A DNA stretch of 64,000 nucleotides from Fistulifera solaris (lineage: Eukaryota), in contig AP026148.1 in the NCBI GenBank assembly GCA_030295235.1, forward strand, positions 124,001 through 188,000, in the 5' to 3' direction. The position numbers and the translations under genes are program-made. Every line of letters begins with the position of its first letter. Within the stretch, counting starts at the first letter, position 1. Of the stretch, positions 46,342-56,788 are shown piece after piece. The notes beneath the pieces were generated by a model. It searched no databases, was not told where the DNA came from, and saw only the letters and a program-made list of their open reading frames with translations.

Positions 46342-47265
46342 TTGCATTCGGTGCCAGGTCTTACCGACGTCGCCCACCAGCCTTACGGCTATATCTACCC
46401 TCCTTCTGCTTGTCACCGTCCTCGTAACCTGATAGGAAAAAGGGCAAAAAGTGCCGGATCAGACCATGCAGAACAAGACATTCAACCGCATTCTTCACAA
46501 CACTATCCGGCTCATCAAGGGTCCTATTCGCCGTATCCTCCTTCAAATTTTACGCAACAAATCAAATCACCTGGTGCCCCGTTTTGTCCGGTGTCTCATC
46601 ATCAACAAGATGGAAGCACCTACAAGTATCCCTATCTACTGTTAAGTGAATTATGTGGAAAAGAGAATCAAGCGAAGGCTGTATCCTTGACGGTCAGTGA
46701 TACAAGTAGTGGTGATAAAACCATTCCAAATTCTTTGCTTGACGCAGCACCAGTCAAATCCAAGTCAGGACTGATAAACGCAGGTGCGATGAACGTTACA
46801 GACGAAAGTCGGCAACTCTGAGAGAACGCAAAATTGAACTTGCGCGGATGAGATAGAGCAAAAATAGCGAGAGCGAATCGAAGCCATTCGAGCGAAAGCA
46901 GAAAGGCAGCGGACCGGAGAAGAAGCTCGATTATTGCAACGCGCGGGGGGAGTCTTCGGCGGCCGCAAGAACAATCACTCGCGTGAACCATAGGGGAAAC
47001 GAAACGAAAAGCGGAAGTCATATTACAGAAGCCTGAAGATGTGCGGTCGTCTGATGAAGCCCAAATTTTGAACACCTACTTGTACCAAAGAAGCAGGAAG
47101 AATGAAAATGATAGATTGCGCCGAGGGCGACTGAAAGTTCTTGGTTTAGAGTCGACGCACCGTACCTCCGCACATTCGAGTGACTGCGAGAGGTCCGGTC
47201 CCACATTTTTCTCTCATCAACCTGTCGCGCCGACATCATTTTCAATTAGAGAATACTCTTGCTAA
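46342..47265 (+). pseudogene. Degenerate gene for a basic helical-repeat protein
   Basis: Related segments in different frames (ERIEAIRAKAERQRTGEEARLL; ILQKPEDVRSSDEAQIL...RSRKNENDRLRRGRLKVLGL), interrupted by several stops (e.g. TGA 46819-21 and 46849-51) and frameshifts. Confidence 0.45.
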
Positions 47266-47388
47266 TCTCATTTGGTTGCTTGAACAAGTATTCTATCGCC
47301 GCATCTGAGAAGAAACTTTCAAGTCTTCACGAACGTAAAGGTCCTTTTTATTTTTTTTATGAGTTGTATAAGTTCGTGTCTCATGAAA

Positions 47389-48243
47389 CTAATAACTAGT
47401 CGCCTGCATACCGAGTCCTACGCCACCCGAAACTGCAGAATTTGGATACATGAGGGTTTTACCTGAAGATCCCGAGAAAATGGGACTGACCACTCGGCAG
47501 GCAGGACAAATAACAAATTCAGCATCCGAAATACAAATAAGAGGAAGCTCACAACTGAAACATTTTGTATGGGTACTGTTTCCACACTTGATCGCATTCC
47601 ACGTTTCTTCAGAACCCCTGAGACGAGCGAAAATACCAGGGCTTATCTCAATCTGTAGATCTGGTTTGGCACGCGGAGCCGAAGAATCATATTCGGGTCC
47701 GTGCATGGCGGAATACTTCTCAAACGCCGACGCGCCGTAGTTCACTGTGTCTAGGTTGTTGCTATCCAAAGAAAAATTTCTTGTTCTTGAGATTCCACGT
47801 TTAGGCGCCGGCTTCAAATTTACGTAATCCTCTTCCGGAATGAATTCGTACGCTCCCGGGCCTAACGTATCCACTGGGTAATCGCGAGAGGAATAAGTCG
47901 TCGATGGCCCAGTTTTCGTTCTTCGCGTGAAAGAGCTACGCTGTTCGAAGAGCAAAGGGTTCGGAAGCTTGGGTTTTCCTTTTCCAAGCGTATCCTTCAA
48001 GCATGCGTCTTCGATTGATTGAAGCATCGTCTCCGTGGGGTACAGCTGCCTCAGCTCTTTTGCCTTTCGAAGCTGCCGCGACGAGTGAACTAATCCTTTC
48101 CGCTGCGAATAAGAAACCACGTTCACTCCTACAGAAGTTGAGACTAGATTTGACAAGTCAAAGACTGCTCCTCTCCATTCGATTGCCAAGTCCAGCGGAG
48201 CTTCGTTGGGGCACGAACCGGAGGAGAATCCGTAAGTGTTCAT
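47389..48243 (-). CDS. Hypothetical protein with a C-terminal CxxC-x15-CPxC zinc-ribbon domain
   Basis: IEISPGIFARLRGSEETWNAIKCG....CFSC...CISDAEFVICPACRVVSP...GGVGLG; paralogous to 16507-17010. Confidence 0.78.
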   Translation of the reverse strand: MNTYGFSSGSCPNEAPLDLAIEWRGAVFDLSNLVSTSVGVNVVSYSQRKGLVHSSRQLRKAKELRQLYPTETMLQSIEDACLKDTLGKGKPKLPNPLLFEQRSSFTRRTKTGPSTTYSSRDYPVDTLGPGAYEFIPEEDYVNLKPAPKRGISRTRNFSLDSNNLDTVNYGASAFEKYSAMHGPEYDSSAPRAKPDLQIEISPGIFARLRGSEETWNAIKCGNSTHTKCFSCELPLICISDAEFVICPACRVVSPIFSGSSGKTLMYPNSAVSGGVGLGMQATSY

Positions 48244-48661
48244 GAATTGTTGATTGAATAGATCGTATGGCAGGTTGCTCGCTTATTCTTTCATTCGAAG
48301 ATACATTACCAGGTACTGCCTTCTTGGCTCTTTCGACAACAAGAACTTCTTTGTTGTCGCTTTTATGTTGTTCTCGTGCGAAGGAGAAGAATACTCTTCC
48401 AAACCAGTGATGAATACAAACAGACCGGGCGCGAATTGGGAATTCATGTCACGTCGATACGGATGGATTCTATACACAAAATGGGGCCTCCCAACTTCAC
48501 GACCAGAAGCCTATGTGTGAAGCTGATCGTCTGTCATCCGTCATCCGTCGCATGTGTCGTTGTGAGAGCAAGGCAGCAAGGCAGACCGGAAAGAGGAAGG
48601 CATCTTGCAAACTTTGTTTTCTGCCCCTGCACTGTCAATCCTGAAGTACTAAAAGTTCAAC

Positions 48662-48720
48662 CCTTGTTCCCTAAACGTTACTGGTATCCTTGTTCCCTAG
48701 ACGTTATCCTTGTTCCATAG
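48662..48720. repeat. Three short direct repeats CCTTGTTCC(C/A)TA(AACGTT/GACGTT)
   Basis: Direct reading; the same 12-mer also occurs at ~42403. Confidence 0.7.
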
Positions 48721-49261
48721 TCTATAGTCTTGTGTTCGTCATTACTAACTCCAGTAGGTCGGTCCTCACTCGTAACGTCTTACTACTACAAAAAAGTGTT
48801 CAAAGTTACCGGTTACCGACCGAAAAAAATTGTAATACGGAGTAATGGACAAGGACAACGAGCAAATAGGCATCCCTACAAGATTATATCTAATCGATTC
48901 ACGTGTCAGTTGGTTCTGTCTTCTGTCACCTATTAGGAATTAGAAATTAGAAATGGCGTAAGCAGTAACAAACCGTCGAACAGCAGTGTAGATTTGCAAG
49001 TACACGACAACTCACTCTGGTTTCGGTACCGGTACCGGATAGTATTGGAATTTGGAATTTCGAAGTTTGCTTCGTGCTTTTCTCATGGTAGCCAATAGCC
49101 AGTAACCTTAATTTTGACGTCGTTCTGCCATTATGATCGGAAGAAAAAGCGCAACACGTGTGAAGCTATTATAGGTCCTTGGTGTGAAGACCCGGATCGA
49201 ACGTTTCATCGCAACGAAATACTTGAAACTTTGCAACACAAATTAACAGAAAGAATGACAA

Positions 49262-50997
49262 ATGGCGTTACCACCAGCAGACAATACGACGACAGATCGA
49301 ATAGCTTCGGAGGAACGAGCACGACAACTGACATTACTCGAAGAAGAGCGAGCCCGCACGGCAGAACAATGGGAACTGTGCTATGCGGATGCACACAAAG
49401 CGAGTCCTTTATCCAAATTTGATCGGTATGATCTTGCCGTCGATCACGAAGCGGGAGATCGGGCTACCGAAATTAAATTGGGGAGCTTTGCGCGGCCCCA
49501 CATGCGTGCTCTGCACTGCGCGTGGGTTTCGTTCTTTTAGCGTTCACCATTTGGTTTGCACCGGCACCGCTGCTCAAAGAAATACAGGATACGCTTGGTC
49601 TTTCGAAAAAGAAGTCTGGACGAGTAGTATCACGTCCGATTGTACAGCCATTTTCACACGAATTGTAATGGGGCCTGTGTGCGATGCCTTCGGAGCCAGA
49701 ATACCCATGGCCCTCGTGTTGATCGTCGCTAGTATCCCCACTGCCTGCGTCGGCTTGGTGCAATCGGCAACGTCGCTGGCCATTGTACGTCTCTTTATAG
49801 GAGTTGCGGGTTCTTCGTTTGTCATGGCGCAATTCTGGCCGTCGCGAATGTTTTCCAGAGAGATTGCTGGCACAGCGAACGGTATCGTCGGTGGATGGGG
49901 CAATTTGGGCGGCGGATGGGCGCAACTCATGATGGGAAGTATCCTATTTCCTGTCTTCCGTGATTACTATGAAGATTCGGAAAAAGCATGGCGGGTTATT
50001 TGTGTTATTCCTGCTTGTTTCGCATTCGCTTGGGGATGCATCGTGCCATTCCTGGCGGATGATGCTCCATTGGGGAACTACACAACAATGCGAAAAACTG
50101 GATCGACGGATCGTATTTTTTTGACAACCAGCTTGCGTTCGGGGGCTACGTGGAATACTTGGATTCTGTATGCTCAGTATGCTTGCTGTTTTGGAGTTGA
50201 ACTCGTGATGAATAATGCTTCCGTTCTGTATTACACATCTGAGTTTGATATGACCACAGAGAAAGCTGCCACATTTGGATTTCTGTACGGCAGTCTCAAC
50301 ATTTTTGCGCGTGGATTAGGTGGCTATTTAAGCGACCGTCTCAATATGTATGCGGGTATGCGGGGGAGATTATGGTTACAAACTGGACTCCCTTTTTATG
50401 GAGGGAGTTCTAATTATTGCGTTTGCTTCCACCAAGACTTTGGCAGGCGCGGTGATAACCATGTGTATATTTTCTCTTTTACTCAAGCAGCAGAAGGTGC
50501 GATTTACGGAGTCGTCCCATACATCTCGAAGCTTTACACTGGCTCTGTCTCGGGATTTGTCGGTTCGGGGGGCAACATGGGCTCCGTGTTATACGGATTT
50601 TGCTTCCGGGCTATGCCGTATCGTGATGCGTTCTTGATGATGGGTAGCATCGTCATGATGTCATCGTTCTTGACAATGTTCATTAAGATCCCATGCCACG
50701 CTGGTATGTTTTGGGAGAAGATAATCATGCTGTGATCCAACAGCGGGAACGATTTAGACATCAGCAGAATGCCGAACTTTCTAGGAGGAATCAAACTGAA
50801 GGCGGCCTGGAAACGGAACTCGAGAGAGGGGATGTTGCCAATTCCGCTGTGCGCGATAGAGACGAGTCTGTTGAAAAAACGTCGATACAATAATAATTGA
50901 TTTGGGAGATTTCAAGCCGAGAGAGAACGAAGAAGGTATGAACATAATGCAAACGGCAGATGATGCCGACGGTGATGATTCGGGCCGGGGTCCATGA
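49262..50997 (+). CDS. NRT2: High-affinity nitrate transporter (NRT2/NarK, MFS); ~6 homopolymer frameshifts
   Basis: SFARPHMRALHCAW, R..MGPVCD.FGAR, GTANGIVGGWGNLGGG, YACCFGVEL, NIFARGLGG..SD, GMRGRLW, QAAEGAIYGVVP, GSGGNMG. Indels at 49535-38, 49606-10, 50390-92, 50477-80, 50713-15 and probably 50874-79. Confidence 0.93.
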
Positions 50998-51364
50998 ATT
51001 TGAGCTGGATTAGGTCTAGGGTACCAAGACATTTTTAATTATTTTCTATTTGACGCTTGTGTCACTTCAAATCCTCCATCGATTCCAGCGCTAGTTCGGT
51101 TTTTGAGAATTTTCCTACGGCAGCGAAAGCGAAACGAAGTTTGGAGCATTATTTTGGCAGTTTGAAATGCTCAGTTTTTTAAAGTGAAATTGATTGAATG
51201 CCTAGCAACTGCGCATGTACGTCAACCGTCATGCACAAAACGTTATGCAATGGAAAAGACGATGATCCATAAATGAGTTATTTAAGTTGACTTTTACCAT
51301 TCAATAAGTCGCCCATCTTGAGTCTCCTGCAAGTCAATCTAGATTGGGTATTGCATCAGCCGTC

Positions 51365-51833
51365 ATGGGAATACATTCAATCCACGTGTTCGATCGCAAA
51401 GGCAAAACGTTGTTCACGAAGCGGTACGCCGAAGAGGATGCTCCTGACGAAGAGTTCGCCGCTGAGCAACGAAAGCTCGTCTTTGGAATGCTATTTTCAC
51501 TCAAAGAAATCGCATCTTCACTCAGTCCTGCGAAAGAAGACAGTATCCACTCGGTGCAAATCGGCGCCAGTACATTGTACACTTTAGAAACAGCGAGTGG
51601 ATTAAGATTTGCTCTTTACTTGGATCGAGTCGGGGAGGACGAGAGCAATGTCGAGAAAAAAAGCATCAACGATTCGCTCTGCATTGCAACATATCTATAA
51701 CAATTTATGGATCAATCAAGTCACACGATCGCCCCTCTACGACCCCGTCTCTCCAAACGTGAACGAGACAGGCTTTGAGCAACATTTGGATACTTATCTA
51801 TCTAGTTTTTCGTCACAGTCTTGGTATAAGTAA
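51365..51833 (+). CDS. TRAPPC1: TRAPP complex subunit 1 (Bet5, sybindin family)
   Basis: IHVFDRKG..LF, EQRKLVFGMLFSLK, LYTLETASGLRF, IRSALQHIY..LW...V.RSPL. One extra A in the 51656-62 run. Confidence 0.88.
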
Positions 51834-52225
51834 TGATGGCAAAGAGACAAGGAAGCAGACAGATGAAAGATTCGGCTTCTTAAGACTGTCGCTACGCCTG
51901 CAGCGAGCGCCCTTCTCGGGATAACCGAGCTTCGTTATACCCCTGAACGTCGATACTCCTGATATTGCCGTCCCTTTCATTTGTGATCAATGTTAGCTCC
52001 AAGATGTGGCCGAATAAAAACAATGTTTATCAAAAGAGATATTTGGATTTTCCTTGCTTTATTTCCTCGTGTCTTCAAACTTAGACGGTACCTTACCGGC
52101 CCAACGGTAATATCGACGCAACAACCCTTAGTTCAAGCTAGGTAGATCGTATCATCGATCGCCATTCACTCTCATGCTAAAGACGTCGTTATTCATTGAG
52201 CAAATGCGATCAAAATTGTAAAAAA

Positions 52226-52672
52226 AGCACGGATAGATATTCAAGTTCGGATTATCCTAGCGGATCATTCATTTTCGAATTACCGACACCACGACTAAAT
52301 TGCAGTCATGAGGAAAAATACGAGGCTTTTCTGCAACTTATAAGCATCAGTTGTTCCTGCAATCTTGTCTCTGTTAGCCTATATCATCAATTGGTATCAT
52401 TCATAGTGCACGGATACATTCAAGATGTGGAATATCCTAGCGGATCGTTCATTTTCCAGGTACCTGGTACTATCGCACCTAGTGTTCGATCAAGAAAACC
52501 ACGACCGGATTGCAGTCATGAGTACAAGTACATTTCTTTGGAGCCAGAATGCAATCAACGCATACTTCGCTTTGCGAGTTTGACAAATATATCTGTTCTG
52601 GTTCCATAGCACCATTTATAGTGCACAGATACGTTTGATATTTAGAATATATTAGCGATCGTTCATTTTGGC
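52226..52672. repeat. Degenerate tandem repeat, ~180-215-bp unit, ~2.3 copies
   Basis: GCACRGATA..TT..A...T..GA.TAT..TAGCG(G)ATCRTTCATTTT recurs at ~52227, ~52408 and ~52623; the CCACGAC...CAGTCATGAG core recurs at 52289 and 52499. Confidence 0.85.
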
Positions 52673-52881
52673 GGTGCTGTTAAACTACACCTTATCCTTA
52701 AGTGGGAAAAACGCATCGCGCTTCGCTACGAGTAACTTCAACCTTATCGACCTTATTTAATGCAGGCGGCGACGAGCGCCGACGATCGAATAAAATTAAT
52801 CGATGAACATTTTACGGACATTTCATTTGCAAGAAACCCTGATCAGCTATTTTTATTTCTAACAATAATCACTTTCGTCAA

Positions 52882-53227
52882 ATGAGCGAAGATCCTGAAA
52901 AGAAAGCCCCCGCTCCTGTTGCAGCGGCCCCAGAAACCGGATCATGGAAGCTCCCCTCGGGCTTTGAAAACGTGATAGAAGATGGTAAGTTTCATGTGTA
53001 TTGCATTTGCGTTCTAGTTCGAATGAACTCGCATAGAATCTATCTTATATTCATGACATGCAGGAATTGTAAAAGTGGTGGCTGGTGCCGTTGTTGGAGG
53101 TGTATTAGGACTGGCTTTGGCAAGAAGTGGCAAAGGCGGTCGACTCGGATATCTCGGTGCCGGAGTCGGAGTCGGTTTAGGATCTATGTACGAACGGGCT
53201 CTAGAATCCTTCCATAAATCCAAGTAA
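52882..53227 (+). CDS. MIC10: MICOS subunit Mic10; 2 exons
   Basis: Intron 52985-53063. Spliced product IEDGIVKVVAGAVVGGVLGLALARSGKGGRLGYLGAGVGVGLGSMYE has two Gly-rich TM helices, a basic loop and GxGxGxG. Confidence 0.8.
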
Positions 53228-53322
53228 AAACAGCGATGGAAACTACCGCGGTGTTGCAGCTCCGTGTTGGTTTTACTTCTTTTAGAACGCAATCCACTAC
53301 TAATAATGAAAGTACGGACGAA

Positions 53323-56024
53323 TTAACTGCTTTCCATTTTTCGTCGCAAGTGAGGAGGGATGTATTTATTCTTCGGAGGATCGTCGCTCGTATTGATTTC
53401 CAAAGATCCAGTACTGCTCGCTGCACTTGTCGTAGTTACAGCCGTCGCATCATCTGCTGGTTTCGGTCGTGTGGGTTTCACCACCTCCAGTTTGGGCTGC
53501 TCTTTGTATTCCTTTTTCGGTGCCGGAGCATCTTCTGCCTTTTTCTTGACACTGGCATCTCCTTGCAGCTTCACCTTTTCGTCAATACCCAAGTCCTTCC
53601 TCATGTTCATCTTAAAGGACTGAATATCTCCATCGTATTTTGTGATCGTCTTGTTATCGCAAATCCAAATCTCGTTTGCCACTTGACTAATCAAACGCAT
53701 ATCGTGCGAAACCAATATCATTCCGCCCTGAAATTCGTTGACAGCCTTGGCCAAAGCATCAATCGACTCCATGTCTGTACGCAAGAACAAGAAAGAAATA
53801 TATTAGTAAAACTGCGTTTTGAAGTATATCACAAGAAAACATACGCAGAGCTTGCACACTTACCCAAGTGATTCGTCGGCTCATCCAGAAGTAAAATGTG
53901 AGGCACGTCACGTCCTAGTTTGGCGAAGACTACTCGACTCTTCTGCCCGTCGCTCAATTCCTTCATCTTTTGCACCTGCATCGAACCCGACACTCCGAAT
54001 CTGCCCAAATATTTGCGTTGCTCTTCACGAGGATCTCCGGGATACTTTTGCTCGAAGAACTCGAGGGGCGTCATTTCAACATCCAGCACATCGACGAAAT
54101 GTTGTGTAAAACGTCCTAACTTCAAATGACCGTGCGGGCGAATGTCTCCTTTGGTAGGTAACAGTTCACCTGCCATGAGTTTGACCAAGGTTGTTTTTCC
54201 TGTGGGTACCACACCGAATATAATAAGATTACGATCTCACATCTAGACTTCAACACAAACCATGTACTATCATGTGTACCCACCTGCTCCATTCGGTCCA
54301 ACCAACTAAAAACAATAATTAAGTGAATCACAAATACGGAGGAGAGAAGTGATGAAAAGTTGATGAGCTAAGAATCTGTGACGAAACAAATTAGATGGTC
54401 AGCGTCACTCACCGCAACTCGAGAATCCAGATCAATACCCAGATTCACGTTCGTGTAAAGTGGCTCACAGCCCGGGTAGCCGAACGAGACATCGTGAAAA
54501 GCTAGAACCGGAGGAGGTAAATGACCAGGATCCGAAAATTTAAAGTTGAGTGGCTTATCTTCCACAGGTTTCTCGGTTAGACCGCTTCGAATCATCTTTT
54601 GAAGCACCTTTTCCTTGGATTGAGCTTGCTTGGCGTTCTTTGCCGTACCGTGACCGAAGCGGGCAATATATTCTTTCATCGATTTGATCTGTTCTTGTTC
54701 CCAACGATACTGCTTCCACTGATTTTCTTCCATTTCCGATTTGGTCTTTACGAATTGATCGTAGTTTCCATCGTAGTACTGCAGCTTTTTACGACTGGTA
54801 AAATCGATCATGTGCGTGCAGACATTGTTCAAAAAGTCTTTCGAACAAGGAATAAAAATATCAAAAGATATTAGGATCAGATAATTCACACAATGCAAAA
54901 TTTGCCACATCCAAAGACTTACCTTGCGAGTGGGAAATTAACAACAAGATACGATTCCATTTAGACAAGTAGTCTTCCAGCCACAATACCGCTTCCATGT
55001 CCAAGTGATTGGTAGGTTCGTCGAGTAACAAACAGACCGGTTGCAAAAATAGCGCACGGGCCAGTGACACGCGCATTCGCCACCCACCGGAAAAATCCTT
55101 AGTGAGTTTTCCTTGCATTTCGTGCGTAAAGCCCAGACCTTTCAATATACCACGCGCTCTGACTTCCGCCGTGGCAGCATCCAGCGAGTCCAACCGCTCG
55201 TAAATGGAGTTGAGTGCATCCATGACTTCCTCTTGCTGTTCATCGTACGTTTTCCCCGATGCATCACTCTCAGCACCATTCGATATCTTGTCTGCCAGTT
55301 CAGTAAGTACGTTATTTAAATCTTCGGCTTGTTGCTCTAGACGCAGGCGTTCTTCATCGACAGCCATTACAGCATCCAGTGCAGTTACCGTGTCGGAAGG
55401 TTCAATCTCCTCACTCAAATAGAAAATGTCGATACCCCGTGGTACAGGTATCGCCCTTGCACCGATGGCTCGCAACAAAGTCGACTTTCCGCAACCGTTG
55501 CGACCTATGAGCCCATAACGGTTACCGTGGTTCAGCACCACCTCGGTTTCGTCCAAAAGCAAGGCACCCATGTGCTGCAGCGTGAAATTCGTCACATTAA
55601 TGTCACGACTTCTTGGATCCACACCTTTCCGAGAAGCAGCAAACGTACAAATGGTACCGGCTGCAGCCAACGCGTCCGCTGTATCGTGATCAATACCGTC
55701 ATCAACGTCAGCTGCCACTTCATTCTCATTTAAATTCATTTCAGCAAGAACTTTTTCAGCCTTCACGGCAGCGTCTTCCTCCTCCTCTTCTTCGTCATCC
55801 ACCGTGTCTCCCTTCTTCAACTTTCGTTTCGCTTCACGAGCAGCCTTGGCTTTCGCCTTCTTCTCTTCTTTCGACAACTTCTTTTCAAATATCTGCTCAT
55901 CACCCGCCCCCATGGCCGCGTCCTTGACGACATCGACCGTCGTATCATCGGCGGATCGTTGCAGGTTCCGCTCAAACTCTTCGGCCGCTAATTTGTCTTT
56001 CTTTTCACGCCATTTAGAAGGCAT
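53323..56024 (-). CDS. ABCF2: ABC-F family translation factor ABCF2; 5 exons
   Basis: [77 protein letters not shown]. Introns 54922-54838, 54412-54306, 54283-54200, 53863-53775. Confidence 0.96.
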
Positions 56025-56788
56025 TTTGCTTGTACACAGGAAGGTGAATATGAGGAATCGCAAACAGAGAGTTTCAATTTCTCAATAAGGGGAAAAAATG
56101 CGCCATCCCTCGGGTGACGCTGTGAGTGGTACAATGTGCGTTTCGAGTTGTTGCTAGCAAACGGACGCATGACGACCGTTCGAAATCCAATATTCTCAAC
56201 CTTACTTGCACGATTTAGCCTCCGGAATCCCGTACGGGTCTACGTGCGAATCACGTAGACATTCGAAGCATTGTAACCTTTTTGTTTTTAAAGCTCCATT
56301 CCAATTATTGCTTGTACATTGCTTTCCGATACGAATACACTACAAGTATCTGGTTTGTAAAAGAAGCGAAGATCGATCCAAAAAAAAACACCAAAATTGG
56401 TTTAGTAAAACCTCCACCGATAAATTTCCCTACTGGTACTGGGGCTACGTGCAACCCACGTAGACTTTGGAAGCATGACATTTTTTCCTCTTTTCAATGT
56501 TTTTGCATCGATATTCTTTGATTTCTTGTTGCCTTTTAATACGAAAGAGCTATTTGAATCATGGTAAGAGAGATGTATCCAGAGACTTTTGGAATAGATT
56601 GTTACCTGATACGGCGCTTCTGCTCTTGAGGCAATCTACATAGACGTCAAAAGAACCCAGACGCAGTAGCTATACCTATTCTGCGAAGTAGTTACGACAT
56701 AGAGAGTGTTAAACAAAGTTTAATTTTCTAGTAGGCGCTAATCCCTATGTTTGTATTCATTTGTATTCGAGAATTTTTTAGACTGCAG

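Noticed and set aside
52196..52609. 137-aa ORF with repeated YPSGSFIF
   Set aside because: Translation of the non-coding tandem repeat; it has a non-ATG start and the third unit breaks the frame.
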